Below are positions 7,907-17,096 of a stretch of 64,000 nt of DNA, in pieces. The translations under genes and the position numbers were made by a program. Numbering within the stretch: position 1 is the first letter of the stretch; each line of letters starts with the position of its first letter. The DNA comes from Candidatus Aminicenantes bacterium (GTDB lineage: Bacteria > Acidobacteriota > Aminicenantia > UBA2199). The notes beneath the pieces were generated by a model, which was given only the letters and a program-made list of their open reading frames with translations, had not been told where the DNA came from and did no database searches. The DNA lies in NCBI GenBank assembly GCA_016934745.1, contig JAFGSF010000002.1, forward strand, positions 15,972-79,971, written 5' to 3'.

Positions 7907-10576
7907 TTATTCGCTGCGCAGCGAATCGATCGGATTGTCGCGGGCAGCACGGAAGCTCTGCAGCAGTACTGCGCCCATAGCAATCAGGAAGGCTGAAAGG
8001 AAAGCGAAGGCAAAGACGGGAAGTCCGGGCCGTATGCGGTAGGCGAAATCCTGAAGCCATCTCTCGCTTGCCAACCAGGCCAGTGGCACAGCGCCGACGC
8101 CGGCAATTAACACCAGCGATACAAATTGTCGGGTCATTAGCATGGCGACGGAAGCAGTTGAAGCGCCGACAACCCGGCGGATGGCGATCTCTTTTCGGCG
8201 CTGGCGGGCATAGAACGCGACCATGCCGTAAAGCCCGAGAAAGGCGATGGCGATGCCCATGGCCGAAATCATCCCCAGCAACTTTCCCATTTGTTCTTCG
8301 TATTGATAGACCTTGCCGAACATCTCATCCAGGAACGCATATTCGAAAGGCACACCGGGAAAATGGGCGCGCCATGTCTTTTCCGCGGCGGCAAGGGCCT
8401 GGGCGATGCGCTCCGTGTCCAGTGTCAGGCTGATGGTGCGCAGCAGGGAATGTTCAATATCCAGGATCATGGGTTCGGCGCCGTCCTTCAGGCCCAGGAA
8501 ATGAAAATCCGCGGTCACGCCGACCACGCTCTTGGTCTTGCGATGGTAGTGGGCCGTCCAGACCGTGCCCAGGACGCTCTGCGGCGTAAAACCCAGTTCC
8601 CGGGCACCGGCTTCGTTGACGATATAAGCGGCCGCTTCGTCATTCCCCGTCGCTTTCCGGAAAGGCCTCCCCGCTGTCATGACAATACCATAGGCACGGA
8701 TGAAATCATGGTCCACGGTCAGTACTTTCAGCCGTTTCGCGTTCCCGGTGCTGAATGAGTTTCCCTTTTGCAGGTAATAGCCTCCGGAAGAGGCTTCGCC
8801 CGGAACCAGTGATGATACGGTGGCGTCGTTGATGCCCGGATCCTTTAGAAAATCATTCTTTATGGCTTCGTAATTATGGCGGAAATAGGACTGATTGCTT
8901 TTGACCTCTAGGATCAGTTTTTGCTGCCGGGAAAAACCAAGCGCCTTGCCTTTCATGAAGGTCAGCTGGCGGAATACCACCAGTGTGCACACCACCAGGA
9001 ATATGCAGATGACAAATTGACACACAACCAGCAGGCACTGCAGGCCATTGCCCTGTTTGCCCGGTATCATCTGATCTTTTATTATGGAAACCGGCTTGAA
9101 ACGGGAAAGGATCAAAGCCGGATAAATGCCGGCGCTGAAGCTTACGATCAGGAACAATGCCAGCAGGGAAGCCAAGACCAGGGGCTGCCCCACGGCCTGG
9201 AAAGAGATGGCTGTTCCGGCCATGCGATTGAAATAGCCCAGCAATGCGGAGAGAAAAGCGAATGCCGCAATGAAAGCGAAGAAGGTAATAACCAGAGATT
9301 CTCCGATGTATTGAAATGTCAGGTCCGAGCGGCTGCCGCCAAGGGTTTTGCGGATGCCCACTTCGCGGCTGCGGGCTGTGGACAGGGTCGCCGACAGGTT
9401 GATAAAGTTAATGCAGCCGATAAATAGGATCAGCAAAGCCGCGAAAGAATAGATGTAAATATAGTACATATTACCGGGCGGCTCGATCTCGCCGGGATAA
9501 TGAGATGCCATATGCAATGTCGACAGTGGTTGAAGAAAAAATTCGTGCCGTTTCATCGGGAACCCCGCCCGTTTGGCAAAGGCGGCGCACAATTGCTCTG
9601 AAAAGGTCTGCAATTGCCGCTTAAAAGCCAAGGGATCAACATGGCGACCAAGCTTTACATAAGTATATTTATAATGAAATTCGGCCCAATTTTGGTTCAG
9701 GTTAGGGACATAGGCCAGCAGGGTGGACATGGAGAGCAGCAGATCATATTTGAGATGGGTGTTGGCCGGGGCGTCTCGGATGATTCCGGTGACTTCGAAG
9801 TCCTCGACAACGGCCGGGCCGATGTCATAATCGATTTCGATGCTCAGACTGCGGCCCAACGGCGGCAGGGAGCCAAAATATTTCCTTGCCATGCTTTCAC
9901 AAATGACGACGGTCCGCGGCTGCGAGAGGGCCGTTCTGGCGCTCCCTTCGAGGAAAGGAATGCGCAGGATCCTGAAAATTTCGGGGTCGGCGAACCAGAC
10001 CCGCTTTTCGAAAAAACGGGACTCACCGCGGGCCACCAGGACATGTTTGGCGTTTTCGAAGGGCGGAATCATCCGGGCCACGCTCTCGGCCTGGCTGAGC
10101 TGCTCTCTGATGCCAATTGCCAGGGGGCCTGGCGTCGAGACCCCGGTAGATTCGCCGATCGGAGTAGTTTGGCTGTAGGCAACGCGGTAAATGCGCTCAT
10201 AATCCGGATGATAGGTATCATAGGTTAGTTCATTGGTTACGTAGAGGATGACCACCATGCTGCTGGCGACTCCCGCCGCCAGTCCGAAGACCTTGATCAG
10301 GAAATAAAACTTGTTTTTCACCATGCTGCGCATGGTGACGGTCAGGGCATTTTTCAACATCAACAGTTTCCAATAGATCCGGTGGCGGAGAAAACCGGGC
10401 AGCGATTTCAGCGCCTGCCACAGGATCCAGCGCTTGGCATAGCCGGCACCTTTTTCGTCCGCGGTCCGGGCGTACAATTCCTCAAAGCAGCCGTCCACGT
10501 CATCGATCTCATCGATGGTCAACAGACTCCGTAAAAATTTGAAAGGGGGCCTTTTTTCGTTGTCTTTTTTTTTCAT
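7907..10576 (-). CDS. Duplicated MacB/FtsX-type ABC permease (ADOP-like)
   Basis: Two MacB-PCD/FtsX repeats (NFINL...REVGIRKTLG; R.KEIAIRRVVGAS); ends NPIDSLRSE; start overlaps PadR stop. Confidence 0.9.
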   Translation of the reverse strand: MKKKDNEKRPPFKFLRSLLTIDEIDDVDGCFEELYARTADEKGAGYAKRWILWQALKSLPGFLRHRIYWKLLMLKNALTVTMRSMVKNKFYFLIKVFGLAAGVASSMVVILYVTNELTYDTYHPDYERIYRVAYSQTTPIGESTGVSTPGPLAIGIREQLSQAESVARMIPPFENAKHVLVARGESRFFEKRVWFADPEIFRILRIPFLEGSARTALSQPRTVVICESMARKYFGSLPPLGRSLSIEIDYDIGPAVVEDFEVTGIIRDAPANTHLKYDLLLSMSTLLAYVPNLNQNWAEFHYKYTYVKLGRHVDPLAFKRQLQTFSEQLCAAFAKRAGFPMKRHEFFLQPLSTLHMASHYPGEIEPPGNMYYIYIYSFAALLILFIGCINFINLSATLSTARSREVGIRKTLGGSRSDLTFQYIGESLVITFFAFIAAFAFLSALLGYFNRMAGTAISFQAVGQPLVLASLLALFLIVSFSAGIYPALILSRFKPVSIIKDQMIPGKQGNGLQCLLVVCQFVICIFLVVCTLVVFRQLTFMKGKALGFSRQQKLILEVKSNQSYFRHNYEAIKNDFLKDPGINDATVSSLVPGEASSGGYYLQKGNSFSTGNAKRLKVLTVDHDFIRAYGIVMTAGRPFRKATGNDEAAAYIVNEAGARELGFTPQSVLGTVWTAHYHRKTKSVVGVTADFHFLGLKDGAEPMILDIEHSLLRTISLTLDTERIAQALAAAEKTWRAHFPGVPFEYAFLDEMFGKVYQYEEQMGKLLGMISAMGIAIAFLGLYGMVAFYARQRRKEIAIRRVVGASTASVAMLMTRQFVSLVLIAGVGAVPLAWLASERWLQDFAYRIRPGLPVFAFAFLSAFLIAMGAVLLQSFRAARDNPIDSLRSE

Positions 10577-10899
10577 GTTTTCTCCTTCAGCGGTGCGACA
10601 AAATCGGTCCACAAGCGGGTATAGGCTTGCTGCAGCTCCATCAGGGCGGCATGGCCCTTCTTGGTAAGGCGGTAGAAGCGGATCGGCTTCTTGCTTGCAA
10701 AATCCGGATTACGATTAGAGTAGGATTCAATATAGCCGTTAATGTCCAAGCGGTTCAGGGGAGCGTATATCGTTCCCACCGCGTAATGGGTTCCAGTATA
10801 GCGGAATATCTGCTCGCGGATGGTGATCAGATAAGCCTCATTCTGCAGGTGATGGATGGCCAACAGGACCTGCTCTTCTTTTCTGGTCAGTTCTTTCAT
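10573..10899 (-). CDS. PadR family transcriptional regulator
   Basis: EEQVLLAI, GTIYAPLNRL...GYI, FYRLT..G. Confidence 0.85.
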   Translation of the reverse strand: MKELTRKEEQVLLAIHHLQNEAYLITIREQIFRYTGTHYAVGTIYAPLNRLDINGYIESYSNRNPDFASKKPIRFYRLTKKGHAALMELQQAYTRLWTDFVAPLKEKT

Positions 10900-10912
10900 G
10901 GTGCCTCTTTTC

Positions 10913-10969
10913 ACTTCGAAATATTCAAAGTAATCATTATACGATGGAACACTTCGAAATGTTCGAATT
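10913..10969. promoter_or_regulatory. Two palindromic putative PadR operators (ACTTCGAA-N3-TTCGAAGT)
   Basis: ACTTCGAA-ATA-TTCAAAGT at 10913-10931 and ACTTCGAA-ATG-TTCGAATT at 10951-10969, each one mismatch from perfect symmetry, just upstream of padR. Confidence 0.65.
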
Positions 10970-11067
10970 AATTAAATTTTTCTGGAATTCATTTATTATG
11001 TACCGGCAGGTAACCATGTCGTAAGCAGTTCCCGGAAATTATTCTAATTTATTTGTTGTTTTGGGAT

Positions 11068-11634
11068 TCACTTTTTTATCCTAATGACAGTGGTTCCGGC
11101 TAGCTTGTCGTGCATGGCCAGGCCATCGTGGTCCCACAACACCTGCAAAAATCCAATAAAAGCCAGCAGGGTCGAGGCCGCATAGCCATGGGCACGCTCC
11201 AGCGATTGGTACCAGCCAAGCCGTGACCGCCCTTTCAGATCGATTACGCGCAGGCCCAGTAGGCGTTTGCCTGGAGTTCGGCCGCTAAAGCGAAAAAATA
11301 TAATGTAATATACGTATCCGATAAAAAATTCGAAAACAAGGTTGAATCTTTTACCGCCGACAAAATATGTTTTTTTGTCCTGCTTGACTGAATTTTCCTC
11401 ATTTTCGGCTGAATGGGCTTTGGGTATTCTTATTATGATTGTTTGGCCGCTTTTCAAGGCACCCAGAACTTTGGAAAATTCTCCTTTTTCGCCTCGGCAT
11501 GTCGCCATAATCTCCGAAAAGGACAAGAAAACAATGATTGAAATGAAAAGAATGATTATATTATCGATTAGGAAGCCCAGGAAACGCCTGAAAAAACCTG
11601 CCTGGTCAGGATGCGCCTTATGTTTTTGGATCAT
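11068..11634 (-). CDS. RDD family membrane protein
   Basis: AGFFRRFLGFLID, G.TPGKRLLGLRV, HDKLAGT.V. Confidence 0.85.
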   Translation of the reverse strand: MIQKHKAHPDQAGFFRRFLGFLIDNIIILFISIIVFLSFSEIMATCRGEKGEFSKVLGALKSGQTIIIRIPKAHSAENEENSVKQDKKTYFVGGKRFNLVFEFFIGYVYYIIFFRFSGRTPGKRLLGLRVIDLKGRSRLGWYQSLERAHGYAASTLLAFIGFLQVLWDHDGLAMHDKLAGTTVIRIKK

Positions 11635-11798
11635 GCGGACTCCTTTGTGGTCTATTATGTGGGAATCATCGGCAAATGTAAAGAATTTTTTATCGCCCCT
11701 GTTTTCCCGAGGTGGGATTGGCAATTTTTGACTTAAGTGACGAGGATGTATTAGAATAAAAATTGATTCAATAATACACTAATGTGCTGGAGGAAGTC

Positions 11799-12344
11799 AT
11801 GTCGCGAGTGTTCGGATCAACCGTTAAGAATGTCATGCTTGAAAAAATTTCCCATGCCCTGGTTGGTTTGACCCTGGTCTTAAAGGGGATTGATAAGGCC
11901 GAACATTTTAATGACCACTCGCTCACGGTTGTTTTTTTGTTTGTTGCCGGGGCATTCATAATCCTGGGTGGCGCTTTCCACCACCATCTTGAAAAAAAAA
12001 TACCTAATTTCACTGCCCTCTTCCATGTGGCAGAGGGGATCGCACTCATCCTGATCGGCTTTGCCCTGCTCAAAAAAAGTTCTCGCATGCCTTATTTCCT
12101 TTTTTTCATCGGTGTCGTCTATTTGGGTTTGGGTGCCTTCGGGTTTTTCATTGATGCCGATAAAAAAAAGAAATTGCGTCCCCTGCTCCTTACCGTCATG
12201 GGGATTGTATTTTTACTTGCTGCCTTGGTAGCATTTACTTTGAACTACCTCGGATCGGGAAACAGCTGGGCTTATTTCACGGCCGGACTGATTTTTGTCA
12301 TGGGGCTTTTCATCTTGTTTGTCCGCAAACGTAAGATGGGCTAA
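11799..12344 (+). CDS. Hypothetical multi-pass membrane protein
   Basis: About six hydrophobic segments; GGAGG before ATG 11799. Confidence 0.7.
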   Translation: MSRVFGSTVKNVMLEKISHALVGLTLVLKGIDKAEHFNDHSLTVVFLFVAGAFIILGGAFHHHLEKKIPNFTALFHVAEGIALILIGFALLKKSSRMPYFLFFIGVVYLGLGAFGFFIDADKKKKLRPLLLTVMGIVFLLAALVAFTLNYLGSGNSWAYFTAGLIFVMGLFILFVRKRKMG

Positions 12345-12514
12345 TTGCTCATAATTGTATCATTTTAGAAGTTTCGTCGACTTGAATCCTTTTAATTTGC
12401 TTGAGGCATGACTGGGTTGCCTGTTCATGTTGCCCATACACGAAAAATTTTCTGCGGCAGTATGCAAGATTAATATAACCAATTTGTTCTCATATTGATC
12501 CCAAGGAGGTAACC

Positions 12515-13054
12515 ATGAAAAAAAATACTTTGCCCATGTTTTTGTTATTGGTTTCCGGCGTTTTCTTCATGACGGCTTCTTCGCAGCTTCAGGCGCAAAA
12601 TGTCCAGACGGCCGTTGACCTGGAAACATCTGTCCGCAATGCCGTTCTCAAGACCCCCCAATATGGAGTTTTTGACAGTATTTCTTTCAGGTTGGATGGC
12701 AACAACGTGATCCTGCAGGGCCAGGTGCTGCTGCCAATTACCAAGGCGGAAATTTTCCGCCGCGTTTCCCAGATAAGCGGCATCGGCAATGTCATCGATG
12801 ACATCGGCGTCCTGCCCTTATCACGTCGGGATGACGCACTGCGCTTGCAGGTTTACCGGCGCATTTTCAACACGGCCGATCTTTACCGTTACGCATTCAG
12901 TCCCAATCCCTCGATTCATATCATTGTCAGGGACGGACGCGTTATGCTGGATGGCCTCGTGTCCAACGAGGGCGACAGCCAATTCGCCGCCATGGCCGCC
13001 CGCAAGGTCAGCGGGGTTTTTTCCGTTACCAACAATCTTGAAATCCAGAAATGA
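12515..13054 (+). CDS. Exported dual BON-domain protein
   Basis: Signal peptide; two V.L.G.V...V.N.L repeats; AAGGAGGT RBS. Confidence 0.85.
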   Translation: MKKNTLPMFLLLVSGVFFMTASSQLQAQNVQTAVDLETSVRNAVLKTPQYGVFDSISFRLDGNNVILQGQVLLPITKAEIFRRVSQISGIGNVIDDIGVLPLSRRDDALRLQVYRRIFNTADLYRYAFSPNPSIHIIVRDGRVMLDGLVSNEGDSQFAAMAARKVSGVFSVTNNLEIQK

Positions 13055-13070
13055 AGCGCTGTTTTCTTTG

Positions 13071-13117
13071 CGGCGGCACGAGCCGGCATCGGGCCGGCAC
13101 GTGCCGTTGTATATTTT
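13071..13117. terminator. GC-rich hairpin between convergent genes
   Basis: CGGCACG-A-GCCGGC / ATCGG loop / GCCGGC-A-CGTGCCG followed by a T-rich run. Confidence 0.55.
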
Positions 13118-13196
13118 GTGACCGGGCAGCAAATTCAAAATAACATCCAGTTCCGACCCATAATAATCCAGGATATAATTTGAAAAACCGGGCGGG

Positions 13197-14162
13197 TCAA
13201 TCTCCATTCTGCTTGAATAGCGTAAGTTGTTTGGGATAATTCTTTTTGATATTGCGATCGATGGCGGCCAGAATCGATTCAATACCGGAAGCGGGATCCC
13301 AAGCCCGGCACCCCCGGGCAATCAACGCTTCGTTGCCCGCAGGCGGATCGTTGAAAAAAGACGGGGCCGCGACAAAAACCGGAATTCCCATTTTTTGTGC
13401 GGAAATGGCGGCGTTGAACGTACCGCTGTGTCTGCCGCTATCATTGTGCTCGGGTCCGGAGATGATTACCATCAACGCTTGCGAGAGGGCACCGACCAGT
13501 CTGTTGCGGGTCATGGCCATGTAAGGAGCCCATTTGGCATCGGGTTCGAATTGCGATATCACCAAGGTGTTTTTTTTCGTCAGGAACTCGGATAATGATG
13601 GTTTTACTTTAAAATGTCGAATCCCTTCGGCCAGAATAATGCTGGTCGTACCGCCGGCGCGTAGGGCGGCCAAATGAGCCGCCGTATCGATGCCGGAAGC
13701 GTAACCGGAGGTAAGATTAATCTCCTTGGCAGCCAGTTCGGCGGCCAAGGTATTGGTCACTGCCAGCGCCATCGCGCCCGTGTTCCTTTTTCCGACTACG
13801 GCAATTGCGGGCTTTTTCAGAATTTCCATATTTCCACGCACATACAAGAGCGCCGGCACAGACATCTTGTTCTTTAAACCCCTGATCCGTTCAGGAAAGT
13901 CGGGATGGAAAGGATGAAGGACGGTTATTGGTTGTTTTCCGGTTGGCCCGGCGGCCAAGTTTTTCAGTTTATTACCATGGCTAGCCGCCAGGCTGAAAGG
14001 ACCGGCATGAAAGATTTCTTTGAATTTTTCCGGATTTTCAAACAACCAGGATGCCGTTTTTCTTTGTTGCGTTAGATAGTCGGCGATCATCCACAAAGCG
14101 CTGGAGCCGATTCCCTCGAACCCGGCCAGGGTGCGCCAGGCATTTCCTTCCAATGTATTCAT
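13197..14162 (-). CDS. DprA/Smf-family Rossmann-fold protein (ShosA-like)
   Basis: P.LLYVRGN, AVVG.R, SGYASGID..AH..AL, RNRLVGALS, SGT. Confidence 0.85.
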   Translation of the reverse strand: MNTLEGNAWRTLAGFEGIGSSALWMIADYLTQQRKTASWLFENPEKFKEIFHAGPFSLAASHGNKLKNLAAGPTGKQPITVLHPFHPDFPERIRGLKNKMSVPALLYVRGNMEILKKPAIAVVGKRNTGAMALAVTNTLAAELAAKEINLTSGYASGIDTAAHLAALRAGGTTSIILAEGIRHFKVKPSLSEFLTKKNTLVISQFEPDAKWAPYMAMTRNRLVGALSQALMVIISGPEHNDSGRHSGTFNAAISAQKMGIPVFVAAPSFFNDPPAGNEALIARGCRAWDPASGIESILAAIDRNIKKNYPKQLTLFKQNGD

Positions 14163-14755
14163 CGATGTGACCGGGTGCTGGTCGCCGCAACCACGGAAAC
14201 TTTCGCCGCATTGCCTTGAAAAAGCAGAGCGGCCGTGGCCGCTTTCAGGGTTTCACCGGAACGGAACAGATCATCGAAAAGCAGGACATGCATTGATTCG
14301 AAACGCTGGTCAATTACATCAAACACTCCTTCAAGTTCCAAGCGGCGAGAGCGCTTGCCGGCTATACTTTTAAGCGGAACGGTCGCTTTGGCCTTGAACA
14401 GGAAATCATCGGGAGCAGGCAGTCCGAGCAGAGAGCCGATGCGGTCAGCAAGCGCCTGAAGCGGTTGGAACGAGCGCCGTGTATCCGACGGCGGTACGGC
14501 CAGAACGGCCTTGATATCCGCGAGTTCGGACCTGCTGCGAATGAATTCAGCAACCGTATGGGCGATGGGTTCGACCTGCGTGCGGTCGTTGCGGTATTTC
14601 AATTTAAACACTGCCTCGCCCAGTTCGGTTCGCTCCGTATTGAATTCGGGATGCACCGCGCCACCGCTGCCATCGGTCGAGCTGTGGAGTGTATGCTGGT
14701 CCAAAGCCCAGCCGTCCGCCCAGTTGCCGATGATCATTTTCGGGTCTATATTCAT
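14159..14755 (-). CDS. ComF-like type I phosphoribosyltransferase without zinc ribbon (ShosT-like)
   Basis: LKY, VPPS and the PRPP loop VLLFDDLFRSGETL; 4-nt overlap with the DprA-like gene. Confidence 0.85.
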   Translation of the reverse strand: MNIDPKMIIGNWADGWALDQHTLHSSTDGSGGAVHPEFNTERTELGEAVFKLKYRNDRTQVEPIAHTVAEFIRSRSELADIKAVLAVPPSDTRRSFQPLQALADRIGSLLGLPAPDDFLFKAKATVPLKSIAGKRSRRLELEGVFDVIDQRFESMHVLLFDDLFRSGETLKAATAALLFQGNAAKVSVVAATSTRSHR

Positions 14756-14773
14756 TTTTCGTTATCCGCGGAC

Positions 14774-14802
14774 ATTCTATTATTGAACTAGCTGGTTGTC
14801 AA
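14774..14802 (-). promoter_or_regulatory. Sigma70-type promoter of the PRTase-DprA pair
   Basis: TTGACA-17-TAGAAT. Confidence 0.6.
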
Positions 14803-15019
14803 AACCGCCGATCATGACGACCGGGTTTTCCCAACCCATTCGTTCAAATACATTGCCGAATTGCAGGACAAGTACAAGGGCAACAATCCAATTCTGCTGC
14901 AGGTTGATACCAAGGTCGGGCATGGAACCGGTTCGACAACATCCAAAAGCATTAACAGTTATAGCGACATGTATGCATTCATGTTTTTTAATATGGGAAT
15001 TGTGCCGGAGTTCAAATAG
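14792..15019 (+). pseudogene. 3' remnant of a prolyl oligopeptidase (S9A)
   Basis: Startless frame LVVKTADHDDRVFPTHSFKYIAELQ...NPILLQVDTKVGHGTG...DMYAF with the catalytic Asp and His motifs; in-frame TAG immediately upstream. Confidence 0.85.
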
Positions 15020-15171
15020 CAAACTGGCATCGGCCGCTTGCCTAGGCATGACATGATGCCGGAATAAAGCATCTACTGCAAACGGTGGCCTTGGGTAACG
15101 GTTTGCGCTATAATGAGCTTTCAACGGGTTCTCAAGGGAACGAGCGCTGTTTTTCCCAAGGAGGTGCGGTC

Positions 15172-15798
15172 ATGGCGGTGACTGGAAATTTTAACGGTTC
15201 AAACGAAACCTTGACAACCATCGAAGCCCGCCGCAGTGTCAGGAATTTCCTTTCAGAGAAAGAGGTGGCTGATGGTGATATTAACGCCATCCTCAAGGCT
15301 GCGAACCATGCGCCTTCGGCACACAACCAGCAGTCATGGCGATTCATTGTTTTGCATGGCGCCAAGAAAAATGATCTGGCGCACCTGGTCTCCAGCCGGG
15401 CAGCTGACTTCCCCCGACCATCGTGCACATTGCTGCGCATGGCCTGCCGCAGTATAACAGAAGCAGCCCTGGTCATTGCCGTAGTGAATACCGGTGAACT
15501 GATCAGGCGTGGACCAAAATTGTTCGCAGCCGATCAGGACGAGGTCCGTGATTTTTTTCGCATCATGGAGATACAGAGTTCTGCGGCGGCTGTGCAGAAC
15601 ATGCTGCTGGCAGCCACGTCACTGGGTATCGGCAGTGTATGGCTTGGGATACTGATTCTCATCAAAGATGTGGTATTGGATTTTCTCGGCGAGCCGCAAG
15701 GCGAATTCATGGCGGTTGTTCCGATTGGCTATCCGTTGCGCGACAGCAACAGTCCGAAAAAGCGGCCGCTTGGAACATTTGTAAAATACCTTTCCTGA
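15172..15798 (+). CDS. Nitroreductase family protein
   Basis: RRSVRNF, APSAHNQQSWRFIV, QNMLLAA..LGIGSVW, IGYP; AAGGAGGT RBS. Confidence 0.9.
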   Translation: MAVTGNFNGSNETLTTIEARRSVRNFLSEKEVADGDINAILKAANHAPSAHNQQSWRFIVLHGAKKNDLAHLVSSRAADFPRPSCTLLRMACRSITEAALVIAVVNTGELIRRGPKLFAADQDEVRDFFRIMEIQSSAAAVQNMLLAATSLGIGSVWLGILILIKDVVLDFLGEPQGEFMAVVPIGYPLRDSNSPKKRPLGTFVKYLS

Positions 15799-15901
15799 AA
15801 AAAAGCAGGTTTTTATTTGTTAAATTTTACTGCTTTTTCATTGACCTTGTTAAATTTTTATGATATTAATTTTTAAGTGAATTCTTAGAGAGGAGGAATA
15901 T

Positions 15902-17047
15902 ATGAGTATTTCCGAACAAAAATCACAAAACAAGAAGTATAAAATCGCCTGGCTTCCGGGCGACGGCATCGGCCGGGAAGTGATGGAAGCGGCCCGGATC
16001 GTCCTGGACAAGCTTCATTTCAATGCCGAATACATTCACGGTGATATCGGCTGGGAGTTCTGGTGCCGGGAGGGCGAGTCCTTCCCGCTGCGTACCATCG
16101 ACCTGCTCAAGAATGTCGATGCGGCCATGTTCGGCGCTATCACCTCCAAGCCGGTTAAGGCGGCTGAGGCCGAGCTGGTCCCCCAGTTGAAGGGTCAGGG
16201 CCTGGTCTACCGTTCGCCGATCGTGCGCATGCGTCAACAGTTCGATCTCTGGACCTGCCTGCGTCCTTGCAAGGCGTATCCGGGCAATCCCATCAATTAC
16301 AAGGAGGGAATCGACCTGGTCATCTTCCGCGAAAACACCGAAGACCTCTATTCGGGCGTGGAATTCAACCCCGTTCCCCAAGAGGTCAAGGACGTGCTTC
16401 AGAAGAATGCCAAGGGCTTTGCCGCCTTTAAGGACGTGCCCCTGGACCAATATGCCATCACCTGCAAGATCAACACCCGCAAGGGTTCGGAGCGTATCAT
16501 TCGCGCCGCTTTCGAATACGCCAAGAAACACGGCTACCCCAAGGTTACGGTGATCCACAAGGCCAACGTCGTGCGCGCCACCGAAGGGCTTTTTCTCGAG
16601 ATCGGCAAGGAAGTGGCCAAAGACTACCCGGATATTCTGATGGACAATGCCAACATCGACGCCATCTGCATGTGGCTGCTGAAGAATCCCAAGAACTACT
16701 CGGTGCTGGTGGCTACCAACATGTTCGGCGATATCGTTTCCGACCTCTGTGCCCAGATGGTCGGCGGCCTGGGCTTCGGCTGCTCGGGAAACATCGGCGA
16801 CAAGCTGGCTGTTTTTGAGCCTACCCACGGCTCGGCGCCCAAGTACGCCGGGCAGTACAAGACCAACCCCATCGCCACCATCCTGGCGGCCAAGATGATG
16901 CTGGACTGGCTGGGCGAGAAAGAGATGGCCGCCCGGGTCGAAAAGGCCGTGGCCGAGGTGATCGCCGAGGGCAAAGTACGCACCTATGACATGGGCGGAA
17001 GCAACAAGACTCTGGAAATGGCCGAGGCCATCGCGAAAAAGTTGTAA
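15902..17047 (+). CDS. Isocitrate/homoisocitrate/isopropylmalate dehydrogenase family enzyme
   Basis: PGDGIG.EV, RENTEDLY, HKANV, NMFGDIVSD, EPTHGSAPKYAG. Confidence 0.92.
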   Translation: MSISEQKSQNKKYKIAWLPGDGIGREVMEAARIVLDKLHFNAEYIHGDIGWEFWCREGESFPLRTIDLLKNVDAAMFGAITSKPVKAAEAELVPQLKGQGLVYRSPIVRMRQQFDLWTCLRPCKAYPGNPINYKEGIDLVIFRENTEDLYSGVEFNPVPQEVKDVLQKNAKGFAAFKDVPLDQYAITCKINTRKGSERIIRAAFEYAKKHGYPKVTVIHKANVVRATEGLFLEIGKEVAKDYPDILMDNANIDAICMWLLKNPKNYSVLVATNMFGDIVSDLCAQMVGGLGFGCSGNIGDKLAVFEPTHGSAPKYAGQYKTNPIATILAAKMMLDWLGEKEMAARVEKAVAEVIAEGKVRTYDMGGSNKTLEMAEAIAKKL

Positions 17048-17096
17048 GGCAAATTGTTGCCTCTGGCGGCGTGACTGAAACCATGGAGAATAAGTT

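Noticed and set aside
14780-15124. Track ORFs 14780-15124(-) and 14796-15056(+), and similarly 36036-36254(-)
   Set aside because: They are off-frame or antisense to the recognisable POP and PhzF remnants.
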